Source: Candidatus Micrarchaeota archaeon | GTDB lineage: Archaea > Micrarchaeota > Micrarchaeia > Micrarchaeales > Micrarchaeaceae | Reading direction: 5' to 3' | Length of the DNA stretch: 64,000 bases | Assembly (NCBI GenBank): GCA_021816895.1 | Contig: JAKAWW010000001.1 | Coordinates: 493,067-557,066 of the forward strand | Shown here: positions 55,339 to 64,000 of the stretch, piece after piece | Numbering within the stretch: position 1 is the stretch's first letter | How the letters are laid out: every line of letters starts with the position of its first letter | Made by a program: the position numbers and the translations under genes | Notes under the pieces: model-generated | Told to the model about the DNA's origin: nothing | The model's input: the letters and a program-made list of their open reading frames with translations, nothing else | Databases searched by the model: none

Positions 55339-57090
55339 TGACTGCCTGCCTCTCGACTTTATCTCTAGTATCTTATTCATTAGTGCAATCTCGTCTTCGC
55401 TGAGCAGGCTAGAAAAATCATTTTTTAACATGTTTGCATCGTATTCGCCCATATCAGTATATAGCAGTTGGCCTTCCCTTACTTGCCGGCCATAGGTTGG
55501 CTCGTCCATCGAAATGGCTATGCGGTCGCCTTTCCTTGCTGTTTCTACAGGGGTCCCCTCGTTTTGCATCTCCTTCACTTTTCCCACGGCAATGCCAGCA
55601 GAGTTGATGAGCTTGTAGCCGGCCTTTAGCCTGCCACCAAGCACACTTATGCCGAAAATGGCCGGATGCGAAACCCTGAAGCAGGAATCTGGCAGCACTT
55701 CAATTTCTGCAGGCAACACAAGCCTGTCTTCGACCTTCTTTTCGAGCTCGTGCTTCATAGAGTCAGCAATTGCTTTATAGTCGTCTATGAGCTTGTATAT
55801 TATGTCGCTGCTTACGATGCTGACGTTGCTCATGTGCGCGGCTTCAAGCGCATCCTGGTCAATGCCAACATTGAATGCAAGCACTATTGCATCAAGGGGG
55901 CTTGCGGATTTCATTGCAAATGCATCTGCTATATCCCTCTTGGTCACGTTGCCTATGCCCTTCTTGCTTATCTTCACAGATGCGCCTGCCAGCAGCCTGG
56001 ATAGCGCTTCTATGCTGCCTATAGAATCTGCTTTTAGCACTATGCCTATATTGTCGACGTTAAAGATATCGCTTATCTCTGCGCTTATCTCCTTCACATA
56101 ATCATGGCCCTCGACAACCTGAAGTATCGGTGAACCCGGAAGCGCGTCATCCAGGCCGTTGCCGCCTATCTTGATGCCTGAGGCCGCGCTTGCGCTCTGA
56201 ACGTATTCGTACTGCTTGGCCTCGCCTATCTGCTGCAACGGCTTCGGCTTCAGCAGCGCTTTGACCTTCGCTGTCGCTATGCCGTTAGGCGTAGCGAACG
56301 CTATGTAGTCATTGGTGCTAAGAGTGCCGTCGTATATTATTGCATCGATGGTCATGCCAAGGCCCTTCTGCTCGCTTTTTTCCAGTATGCTCCCCCTTCC
56401 AGGGCCGTTCACCTCTATCGTTAGCTTCTCCTCGAGGAACTTCTGCGACAGGCCCGTTATGAGCATGAGCAGCTCGGCAATCCCTTCGCCGGTCTTGGCG
56501 CTTATCGGCACTATAGCTATCTCTTTCTGGAAGCTCGACACGCTTGTATAGAGATCGCTGTTGAAGCCCAAAGAGCTTAGCGATCCTATGAAATCGTAGA
56601 CCCTGTTCTGCAGCTCATTTGTCACGTAGTCGCTCTGCTTCTCAAGCGATTGCTGTATGCTGTTGAGCTTTGTATTGTGCCAGCCTGTAATAAGGTCAAC
56701 CTTGTTCGCAGCCACAATGAACGGCGTTTTATACTCCTTGAGTATGTTTACTGCCTCAATCGACTGGGGCTCGAACCCTTTTGTTACATCTACGACAAGC
56801 ACCGCTATGTCTGCAATGCTGCCCCCTCGCTTCCTCAAATTTGTGAATACTTCATGGCCAGGCGTGTCTATGAACAGGAGCCCTGGAATTGTAATCTTGA
56901 CGCCGAAGCTTTCCAGCAGCGGGCCGCAGATTTTTTCCACTACGGCTATGGGCACCTCGCTGGCGCCTATGTGCTGCGTTATGCCCCCGGCTTCCTTCGA
57001 AGCGATGGCTGAATTCCTTATCCTGTCGAGCAGCGTCGTCTTGCCATGGTCTACATGGCCCATTACAGATATGATAGGTTGCCTGATCAT
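55333..57090 (-). CDS. infB: translation initiation factor aIF5B (IF2 homologue)
   Basis: MGHVDHGKTTLLD, DTPGHEVF and NKVD motifs with four-domain length. Start taken at MIRQPI. Confidence 0.92.
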   Translation of the reverse strand: MIRQPIISVMGHVDHGKTTLLDRIRNSAIASKEAGGITQHIGASEVPIAVVEKICGPLLESFGVKITIPGLLFIDTPGHEVFTNLRKRGGSIADIAVLVVDVTKGFEPQSIEAVNILKEYKTPFIVAANKVDLITGWHNTKLNSIQQSLEKQSDYVTNELQNRVYDFIGSLSSLGFNSDLYTSVSSFQKEIAIVPISAKTGEGIAELLMLITGLSQKFLEEKLTIEVNGPGRGSILEKSEQKGLGMTIDAIIYDGTLSTNDYIAFATPNGIATAKVKALLKPKPLQQIGEAKQYEYVQSASAASGIKIGGNGLDDALPGSPILQVVEGHDYVKEISAEISDIFNVDNIGIVLKADSIGSIEALSRLLAGASVKISKKGIGNVTKRDIADAFAMKSASPLDAIVLAFNVGIDQDALEAAHMSNVSIVSSDIIYKLIDDYKAIADSMKHELEKKVEDRLVLPAEIEVLPDSCFRVSHPAIFGISVLGGRLKAGYKLINSAGIAVGKVKEMQNEGTPVETARKGDRIAISMDEPTYGRQVREGQLLYTDMGEYDANMLKNDFSSLLSEDEIALMNKILEIKSRGRQSS

Positions 57091-57157
57091 TGTGCCACCC
57101 GAAAAGTTGGCGCATATATGCATTTATGCATTGAATGTTAGGCATGCAAGCCTTTGA

Positions 57158-57229
57158 TGGGCCCGAGGAGAATCGGACTCCTAGTCTCCACCTTGTGAAG
57201 GTGGCGTCTTACCATTCGACCACAGGCCC
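57158..57229 (-). tRNA. tRNA-Val (anticodon CAC)
   Basis: Reverse complement folds as GGGCCTG-TG-GTC-GAATGGTAA-GAC-G-CCACC-TTCACAA-GGTGG-AGACT-AGGAG-TCCGATT-CTCCT-CGGGCCC-A. The stems are perfect. The T loop reads TCCGATT, so position 55 is C. Confidence 0.85.
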
Positions 57230-57295
57230 AAGCAGCACAGGGAATAATGCAGCTATAATAATTATATTTGTTCCTTTTTTAATAATGTTGGTACT

Positions 57296-57832
57296 ATGAG
57301 CAAATTCTACACAGGGCTTGGCGATACGGGCTATACGAACCTTATCAAGGCAGGCAAGATAAAGAAGAGCAGCAAGATTATAGAGGCGATAGGCAACATA
57401 GACGAGCTGAACAGCGCCATTGGCGTTGCGATAACGAACCTTACTACGGACAGAATTTCAAAAACCCTAAAGGACATTCAGAACATTCTTTTCATAATAG
57501 GCGCTGAGCTTGCGACACCGAGCTCGGAAAGCGCAGTAAAAAGGAAGATCGGCGAGCATGACGTGAAGGCGCTGGAGGAGCATATAGAAGAGCTCGGCTC
57601 TGCCGTTAGCATTGACAGGTTTGTCCTGCCTGGAGGCTCGATAGGAGCATCATGCCTGCACCTTGCGAGATCGATATGCAGGCGCGCGGAGCGCTCGGTC
57701 ATAGCCCTTGGCAATATTGAAGAGCACAGGCACATGATAAGCTACATGAACAGGCTTTCGTCTTACCTGTTCGTCGCTGCCCTTTATGTGAACAAGCTTG
57801 AAGGAGTAGACGAGAGCAGCCCCACTTATTGA
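57296..57832 (+). CDS. ATP:cob(I)alamin adenosyltransferase, PduO type
   Basis: FYTGLGDTGYTNL...IEAIGNIDELNSAIG and FVLPGGS are typical PduO/MMAB motifs. Confidence 0.85.
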   Translation: MSKFYTGLGDTGYTNLIKAGKIKKSSKIIEAIGNIDELNSAIGVAITNLTTDRISKTLKDIQNILFIIGAELATPSSESAVKRKIGEHDVKALEEHIEELGSAVSIDRFVLPGGSIGASCLHLARSICRRAERSVIALGNIEEHRHMISYMNRLSSYLFVAALYVNKLEGVDESSPTY

Positions 57833-58374
57833 GGAGGCTGTTCATTGCCGGCTTCTGCATGCTTTAGGGCTTCGCTGCTTATGCTTTTCAGCTCGTCCTT
57901 GCTTATGTTGAAGTACTCGAGGAATTTTTTCGTTGTGGCGAGCTTCTTTGACCTTCCGATCCTCACTGCGCTTATGAAGCCTTTTTCGACAAGCTCCTTT
58001 ACATAGTCGTAAACGGTGGTGCCGAAAGCCTTGACCACATCGCTCTGCATTACAGGGCCGTTTTTGCCAACATATGCAAGTATCCTGAGAGCACCTTTGG
58101 TTATGTCGGGCGCACCTGCAATGCTGTTTACCTTTCCCATATAAGGGCCTTTTACGCCCATTATGTAGCTGTCTCCAAGTGCAGATATCTCAAGGGCGCC
58201 GTCCCTTTTCTTGTACTCTTCTATAAGCTCGCCCATCAAGGCCTTGACATATCCTATCGAAGCTATGCCTAGAAGGTTGGAAAGCTCGTCTATGCTCATC
58301 GCGTGTCCCGATACGAAAAGCGCAGCTTCAGCCACCTTTTTGTGCTCGCTCCTTGCGTCAGGCATTCTTACCAT
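57826..58374 (-). CDS. scpB: segregation and condensation protein B
   Basis: VAEAALFVSGHAMSIDELSNLLG and tandem wHTH organisation. Overlaps the scpA stop. Confidence 0.8.
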   Translation of the reverse strand: MVRMPDARSEHKKVAEAALFVSGHAMSIDELSNLLGIASIGYVKALMGELIEEYKKRDGALEISALGDSYIMGVKGPYMGKVNSIAGAPDITKGALRILAYVGKNGPVMQSDVVKAFGTTVYDYVKELVEKGFISAVRIGRSKKLATTKKFLEYFNISKDELKSISSEALKHAEAGNEQPPQ

Positions 58375-59062
58375 CGTTGAGCATTATGAATATATCGCCG
58401 AAGAACGCGTCCTGCACCATCATGAGCCTGCCCCTGTGCATCAAAAGCAGCAAAGGCACAAAAAGATCGAGCAGCACGCTTTCTGGGCTCTTGTAGCCAA
58501 TCGCAAGGCTCGCAAACGTAGCCATGTTCTTCGTGTCCACCATGCCCTTTACCTCGTTGTACACCTGGTCGAGCTTTGCGTCTATATCTTCAGTGTTTAT
58601 TGATATACCGGTAAATATTTTCTGCTGCACCGGGGCGCGCGGGGCCGATTGTTGCATGCGCATCACTTCGCTGAGCGCATCAATAAGCTCCGTTAAAGTT
58701 ATGCGCTTGCCGGGCTGCAGCCTCAGCCTTGATGCAAGCGCAGGCACTTCTGGCACCTGCCTCTGCGGCACTGATTCAATGCCTGGCTGAGGCTCTTCGC
58801 TTTCAATCAGTACCAGCATCTCGCTCTTCATGCGCAAAAGTATCGAAGCTGCAAGTATTATATTGGCCGGCACATGCAGATCAAGCACTTTCATGCTGCG
58901 CACGGCATTCATGTAACGGTCTGCTATCTCAGAGATGTCTATGTCCCACGGGTCGAGCCTGTTCTTGTCCACAAGGTCAATCAGCACTTCGCGCCATGTC
59001 GCATTCCTGACGAAGCTCTCCAGATCGATGACGCTGCCTCTGTATACCTCTACTGAAGGCAT
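58358..59062 (-). CDS. scpA: segregation and condensation protein A (kleisin)
   Basis: LIDLVDKNRLDPWDIDISEIADRYM...ILAASILLRMKSEML is the ScpA N-terminal signature. Confidence 0.8.
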   Translation of the reverse strand: MPSVEVYRGSVIDLESFVRNATWREVLIDLVDKNRLDPWDIDISEIADRYMNAVRSMKVLDLHVPANIILAASILLRMKSEMLVLIESEEPQPGIESVPQRQVPEVPALASRLRLQPGKRITLTELIDALSEVMRMQQSAPRAPVQQKIFTGISINTEDIDAKLDQVYNEVKGMVDTKNMATFASLAIGYKSPESVLLDLFVPLLLLMHRGRLMMVQDAFFGDIFIMLNDGKNA

Positions 59063-59158
59063 CTATAACTACCCTGATCGCTAATAGGAAATGAAATGCA
59101 AAATATTTATGCCTATTGCTCGTTATCGGCAAAAATAGTTGCGCACTTGGGAACAGCG

Positions 59159-60214
59159 TCATTGCTTGGTAATCTCAAAATCCACTACCACTTCAACTTC
59201 AGTTGCTGAGTACGGCCTCACTATGCGCTCGCCGACGATCTTAGCCTTGTATCCGTGCTCGTCTGCGTGCTCGGCAAGCTTTTTGCGCACATCTTCGAAT
59301 GGCGCATCTGCAGGTGCAAAGGCGTATATGTGGACAAAGGCGTGCTTTTTAGCGACGACAAATGCTTGGTCTAGGAATAGCGTGCTCGTCTTTGGCATGG
59401 GCATTACGATCCGGTCGGCATAGCGCTTATAGGCCATGCTTTCTTTCCTTACGTCTCCCAGAACAGGCTTCACGTTGCCAACTTTATTTATGGCTATGTT
59501 GCCCTTCATGTATTCGTATGCGCGCCTGTTCAGCTCTATCGCGACAACATTTGCGTTTTTGTGGCGCTTCGCTATCTCTATCGCAAATGGGCCCACCCCT
59601 GCGAACATTACCATTACGCGCTCTTTATCTGCGGTAATGTTGCAAAGCCTGGAGCGCTCATATGAGAGCCTGTTTGAGAAGAAAACCTTCCTCACATCGA
59701 ACACGAAGGTGCAGCCATTCTCACGGTAACGCGCCACGAATGTCTTCTCGCCTGCTATGTATTTAAGCTTTCTAAGCCTGTACACGCCGTGAACAGGGCC
59801 TGCCTTCTTCAGCACCGTCTTTATGTTCTTGTTAGAAGCTATGAGCGCATTTGCTATCGCCTTCTCCTTATTTGCAAGCTTGTCGTCTATCTCTATTATT
59901 GCGATATTGCCCAGGAGGTCATAGCCCCTTGCCAGCCCCTTTGCCTCGCTTGCGGTAAGAATCTTCTTCAGCGTGCCCTCAAAGCCTTCACGCTCATGCC
60001 TCTTTGAATGCTTCATCCTGACAAGCTTGGCGCCTTTTATGCTCTTGATGAAATTTTTTGGCGTTTTCCCTGCACGCGACGCAGCATTGCACAATGGGAA
60101 ATAAACATAACCATTATTATACTTTACACTAGCATTATTATCAAGCATATTTGCCTTCCTTAAGGCTTTTTTTGCGCTCTCGGCATGGCGCGCAACAACT
60201 TTTACAAATAACAT
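59159..60214 (-). CDS. tRNA (guanine37-N1)-methyltransferase Trm5 family
   Basis: The SAM-binding motif is VMVMFAGVGPFAIEIA and the catalytic-loop context is RIVMPMP. Length is 351 aa. Confidence 0.8.
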   Translation of the reverse strand: MLFVKVVARHAESAKKALRKANMLDNNASVKYNNGYVYFPLCNAASRAGKTPKNFIKSIKGAKLVRMKHSKRHEREGFEGTLKKILTASEAKGLARGYDLLGNIAIIEIDDKLANKEKAIANALIASNKNIKTVLKKAGPVHGVYRLRKLKYIAGEKTFVARYRENGCTFVFDVRKVFFSNRLSYERSRLCNITADKERVMVMFAGVGPFAIEIAKRHKNANVVAIELNRRAYEYMKGNIAINKVGNVKPVLGDVRKESMAYKRYADRIVMPMPKTSTLFLDQAFVVAKKHAFVHIYAFAPADAPFEDVRKKLAEHADEHGYKAKIVGERIVRPYSATEVEVVVDFEITKQ

Positions 60215-60310
60215 AGGAACACTGCAGTCATAAGCACAAGCCTAGGGAAACAAATATAAATTGTATATAAAAATATATAAGGGTAACATATAAGAATAGC
60301 GAGTGGTATC

Positions 60311-60757
60311 GTGTATTTCGTAGTAAAGGTAACCGCAGGCCAGGAGCGCATAATCGCCAATATATTGCAGAACAAGAACACAAAGGAAGACAGCGGCATC
60401 TATTCCATAATGGTCGTTGAAGGAATGCGCGGCTACATCATAGTTGAAGCTGAGGAAGAGGCAAAGCTGAAGGCTTTCATAACAAAGGACCGCAACATAC
60501 GCGGCATACTTCCGAAGCCGCTCAGCGACGATGACATAAACAAGTTCATCGAAGCAACCGGCAAGGCCATGAACATAGAGAAAGGGGATATTGTTGAATT
60601 CACAACAGGCCCGTTCAAGGGCTACAAGGCGAAGGTGCTCAAGACGGACGAGATAAAGGACGACATTACGGTAGAGCTTATGGATGTCGTTGTATCAATA
60701 CCGGTTACTACAAAGAGGAGCAGTGCCAAGATAGTCCAAAAAGCCGAGAAGGCATAA
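60311..60757 (+). CDS. spt5: transcription elongation factor Spt5 (archaeal NusG)
   Basis: The NGN domain is YFVVKVTAGQERIIANIL...GYIIVEA. The KOW domain is GDIVEFTTGPFKGYKAKV. Conserved position upstream of rpl11. Confidence 0.9.
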   Translation: MYFVVKVTAGQERIIANILQNKNTKEDSGIYSIMVVEGMRGYIIVEAEEEAKLKAFITKDRNIRGILPKPLSDDDINKFIEATGKAMNIEKGDIVEFTTGPFKGYKAKVLKTDEIKDDITVELMDVVVSIPVTTKRSSAKIVQKAEKA

Positions 60758-60772
60758 TGATTGCGTGATTTC

Positions 60773-61240
60773 ATGGGTGAAGTTGTAATAAACGGACTTA
60801 TAGAAGGCGGCAAGGCAACAGGCGGGCCGCCTTTCGGCCCTGCGCTTGGGCCGCTTGGGGTCAACATAAACGCCATAATAACAGAGATAAACAAGAAGAC
60901 GGAGCAATTCGCAGGCATAAAGATGCCTGTGAAGGTTGTTGTCGATACCACCACAAAGCAGTTCAAGGTGGAGATAGGCGCGCCGCCAACAAGTGCCTTA
61001 ATACTCAAAGAACTGGGAGCGCAGAGCGGCGCAAAGGGCAAAGACGAAACCATTGGCAACCTCACCATCGACCAGGTAAAGAAAATCGCCACTTCGAAGG
61101 AAGCATCACTCTATGGGAAAAGCTTGGCAGAAAAAGTGAAGCAGGTGCTCGGAACATGCAAGAGCATGGGCGTCAAGGTCGAAAACGAGGACCCCAAGGC
61201 AGTCATAGCAAAGGTCAATAGCGGCGAGATAAAGGTATAG
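60773..61240 (+). CDS. rpl11: 50S ribosomal protein uL11
   Basis: GGKATGGPPFGPALGPLGVNINAI is the uL11 N-terminal signature. Start taken at the ATG (MGEVV). Confidence 0.93.
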   Translation: MGEVVINGLIEGGKATGGPPFGPALGPLGVNINAIITEINKKTEQFAGIKMPVKVVVDTTTKQFKVEIGAPPTSALILKELGAQSGAKGKDETIGNLTIDQVKKIATSKEASLYGKSLAEKVKQVLGTCKSMGVKVENEDPKAVIAKVNSGEIKV

Positions 61241-61249
61241 GCACGTTCC

Positions 61250-61927
61250 ATGGCAAAGCCTATTGAGATATACAGGCTTCTATTGAAGAGGTTTGGCTTT
61301 CTCAACTGGTGGCCAGGCGAAACCAGCTTCGAAGTGCTTGTAGGCGCCATACTTACACAGCAGACCTCATGGAAGAACGTCGAGAAAGCGATTGCCAGCC
61401 TGAAGAAAGAGCAGTGCTTGAGCCTTGAATGCCTTGCCAGCATTAATATAAAAAGCCTGGAGAAGCTCATAAGGCCTTCTGGTTACTACAAGCAGAAGGC
61501 GCGCCGATTGAAGGATATATGCTCTAGCATAAAAGATGAATACGGCAGCATTGACAAACTTTTCAGCCTTGATGCGCAAGCGCTTAGGAAAAAGCTTCTC
61601 TCCTATAAAGGCATAGGCAATGAAACCGCAGATTCCATAGTTCTTTACGCGGCGAACAAGCCGATCTTCGTGATAGACGCATACACAAAACGCATAATGC
61701 GCCGCATCAATAAAATGCCAATTGACATAAGCTATGACTCCTTGCAAGAGTATTTTGAAAAAAATGTAAAGAGGGACTTGGAGCTCTACAAGGACATGCA
61801 CGCGCAGTTCGTTGAGCTAGGCAAGAGCTACTGCAAGACAATACCGCTTTGCGACAACTGCCCCGCAAACAATATATGCGCATATTATGAGAGTGCAAGA
61901 AGCGCCAAGCAGGCAAGACATGCTTGA
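61250..61927 (+). CDS. endonuclease III-related HhH-GPD DNA glycosylase family protein
   Basis: ILTQQTSWKNV, the HhH LLSYKGIGNETADSIVLY, and the C-terminal Fe-S cluster loop CKTIPLCDNCPANNIC. Confidence 0.8.
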   Translation: MAKPIEIYRLLLKRFGFLNWWPGETSFEVLVGAILTQQTSWKNVEKAIASLKKEQCLSLECLASINIKSLEKLIRPSGYYKQKARRLKDICSSIKDEYGSIDKLFSLDAQALRKKLLSYKGIGNETADSIVLYAANKPIFVIDAYTKRIMRRINKMPIDISYDSLQEYFEKNVKRDLELYKDMHAQFVELGKSYCKTIPLCDNCPANNICAYYESARSAKQARHA

Positions 61928-61981
61928 TGGCAATCACCAAAAAACTTATAAACTAGTCAGGTCATATAGTAAGGTGGTCAA

Positions 61982-62581
61982 ATGAACATAATTGAGGATT
62001 TCAAGAAGGCGCTTGGAATAATGAGGCATCCCAGCTCTGTGAAAACCCCGATGAGCATGCTTGACGCCCTGAGCTTTTATTATGGCGCAAGCATAATACC
62101 CCTAATAGCGGTAATAGTTGTCGGCCTGGTGCTTTCTTTTGCAATTGGCGCAGGCCTGCTGCTTTTAACCTATCTTGTTTTGCCGGTGTTAGAGCTTCTC
62201 GTGATAGTTCCAATAGGCATTATAGTTGATGCTGCCCTTTACCAGCTTTTTGCGGTAAGGCTATTCAAGGTGTGGCATAAGCCGTACAATAACACCCTTA
62301 CGGCCACCACCTTTGCTGTGTTCCCGTCAATAATGCTCCTGTGGGGCTATAACATACCGGTGGTGGGCAGCGCATTTAGCATAGTAGCTGCAATATGGGC
62401 ATTCATAATACTCATAATATCAATGGCAAATATGCAGCAGGTGAGCGGTTTGAGGGCGTTTGGAGGTCTGTTGCTCACTGGCGTGATCATAGGCATCATA
62501 GTGCTCTTGGTGTTCCTTGCAGGGATAGCAAGCTTTGGAGCGCTGCTACATGGCGTTAGCCCGATTGGAGCCCCCATCTAG
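61982..62581 (+). CDS. polytopic membrane protein (Yip1-like layout)
   Basis: Five hydrophobic segments after a short soluble N-terminus. The family assignment is tentative. Confidence 0.45.
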   Translation: MNIIEDFKKALGIMRHPSSVKTPMSMLDALSFYYGASIIPLIAVIVVGLVLSFAIGAGLLLLTYLVLPVLELLVIVPIGIIVDAALYQLFAVRLFKVWHKPYNNTLTATTFAVFPSIMLLWGYNIPVVGSAFSIVAAIWAFIILIISMANMQQVSGLRAFGGLLLTGVIIGIIVLLVFLAGIASFGALLHGVSPIGAPI

Positions 62582-62706
62582 ATTGCTCTATTTTTCTCTC
62601 TTTTTCTTTTTGCTTCTTTTTAGCATTCGTTTTGTGGCTTTAGATAAATAAAGAAAGCTTATCTAAGCAGTGCTCAGGCATATATTTTTCTCTTTTGCCT
62701 CAAAGA

Positions 62707-62752
62707 AATTGCGCTTCATATATGCACATAATTGCGCTTCATATATGCACAT
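62707..62752. repeat. perfect tandem duplication of a 23-nt unit
   Basis: aattgcgcttcatatatgcacat occurs twice back to back, between convergent gene ends. Confidence 0.9.
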
Positions 62753-62776
62753 GTATGCAGTTTGAGAACTTGGGGA

Positions 62777-64000
62777 CTACTGCTTGAACAGTAGTGTGAC
62801 ATAGGCGCACTGGGTGCCCTGATCGCCGTTGTGCACGATGTAATAGCCAGGATATTCGCTTGGCGCAACCCAAACGTTCAGCGCTTCGCCGTTAAGGCAT
62901 TCATATTCTGGATTGCTTGTGTAAAAGTTGCTCAACATTCCGATATCTACAGCATCTGGAAGGTCTTCTATTGTTCTTGGTGGCGTGTATGTAAGGATAA
63001 TAGCGGATCCGTTATAGATGCCGCTGTACTGGTAGCTATTCGGGTTTGTTACGTTGCCAGAAGGCGCTGTGGATGCCGATGAAATTGTGGTAGTTATTGT
63101 TGGGATTACGGTTGTTGTATCATATGCAGGCCCTGAACCAGTTACAAATCCCATGTAGGCATTTCCTGTGATGTTGTTAGCACTGCTGCCGTAAAGCGCA
63201 TATAGCTGCGCATATATGTTCCCATATATGATGAAATTTGAAGCGTTGAAAGAAACATGGGCAAGCTGCCCTGAGTTGAGCCCATTGATAAGGACGTATG
63301 AAGCACCCCCCGGCGGGCAAGTGCTTGGCGTTGAGCCATAAGGTATGGTATAGTTTGACGGGGTGAGGCATATTACAGCGTAAGGCCAGTTGCTGCCTGT
63401 GCTCTGCCCAACGGTAGCAGAGAAAGTGTCGCCAACAAGGCTTTGGTTCTGGCATGCATAGCCAAACTGAGCAATGCAGCTAAGCTGCTGAGAGGTTGAG
63501 ACTGTACCTGTGCCATAGCCTGAGCCCAAGCCGCTCGTAAGGCTTGTGTTCACTATAGGCCCAGGTAACGTAGCTATGCTGGGATTCGTATTTGTGTTCA
63601 GGCTTACCTCATTCAATGATATCGCTATCTTGGTAGGGCTTGTCTTGTTGGTGCTTGCAATGCTTATGCTTATGTTCAATGGCAAACCGTATTGCAGCGA
63701 TACGCAGCTAGATATGTTGTACGTAAAGTTGTCAGGGCCTGATGAAAGCGGCACGAGCGAATATGCGCTAGTAAAGTTGGAAGGCAGGCTTACCTTGCCT
63801 GCGCCTTCCATTAGGTAGCAAGATTGCTTGTTGTATGAAGCCTCTTTAACCCCTTCTATAGTAATGTTCAGCTCTTTCTCTATGTAGGTTGTGTTGATAG
63901 ACGTTATAGATGCAGTGTTGATAGATGCTATTGATGCATTTTGAGTACTCTTTGTGCATTTGAAGCCGCTTGCACCTGCGAGTAGGGACAATGAAGACGT
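62777..64000 (-). CDS. secreted Ser/Thr/Asn-rich surface protein, 5' end beyond the window
   Basis: The reading frame stays open to position 64000. Many N-x-S/T sequons. No family recognised. Confidence 0.55.
   Translation of the reverse strand, partial: TSSLSLLAGASGFKCTKSTQNASIASINTASITSINTTYIEKELNITIEGVKEASYNKQSCYLMEGAGKVSLPSNFTSAYSLVPLSSGPDNFTYNISSCVSLQYGLPLNISISIASTNKTSPTKIAISLNEVSLNTNTNPSIATLPGPIVNTSLTSGLGSGYGTGTVSTSQQLSCIAQFGYACQNQSLVGDTFSATVGQSTGSNWPYAVICLTPSNYTIPYGSTPSTCPPGGASYVLINGLNSGQLAHVSFNASNFIIYGNIYAQLYALYGSSANNITGNAYMGFVTGSGPAYDTTTVIPTITTTISSASTAPSGNVTNPNSYQYSGIYNGSAIILTYTPPRTIEDLPDAVDIGMLSNFYTSNPEYECLNGEALNVWVAPSEYPGYYIVHNGDQGTQCAYVTLLFKQ

Noticed and set aside
62707-62752. 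Possible CRISPR array
   Set aside because: Only two directly abutting copies with no spacers. No other regularly spaced repeats or cas genes were seen anywhere in the window.

Overview
Archaeal chromosomal fragment. The diagnostic genes are EF-1alpha followed by uS10, aIF5B, Spt5 followed by uL11, an archaeal-type SAM synthetase, Trm5, ScpA/ScpB, and an intron-containing tRNA. From about 45 to 62 kb the window is conserved housekeeping sequence. From about 1 to 12 kb and 23 to 42 kb it mixes metabolic, transport and envelope genes, including MFS transporters, malic enzyme, a GH15 enzyme, a di-haem cytochrome b, an FKBP isomerase, NUDIX and glycosyltransferases. Four signals stand out. (1) An AT-rich island at about 12.9-22.6 kb is packed with ORFans. 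Inside it, the 3' ends of two LMW-PTP genes recur as nested direct repeats (A-B...B'-A') bracketing blocks of ORFans, which looks like repeated integration or cassette-style recombination, yet no integrase is visible. (2) An IS200/IS605-type element at about 42.3-44.3 kb carries two left-end-like hairpins. Its TnpA has His where the catalytic Tyr is expected, and its TnpB has G-N where the RuvC-II E-D is expected. A 214-bp internally deleted MITE copy at 21455-21668 has compensatory changes in its hairpin stem. (3) An AbiEii/AbiEi-like toxin-antitoxin pair sits in inverted gene order. (4) Several smaller oddities: a bcp paralogue frameshifted in an A-run, an MFS-DUF47 fusion, and a tRNA-Val with C at T-loop position 55. 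I found no CRISPR array, rRNA gene or integrase. All calls rest on reading the ORF translations and hand alignment; nothing was searched against a database.
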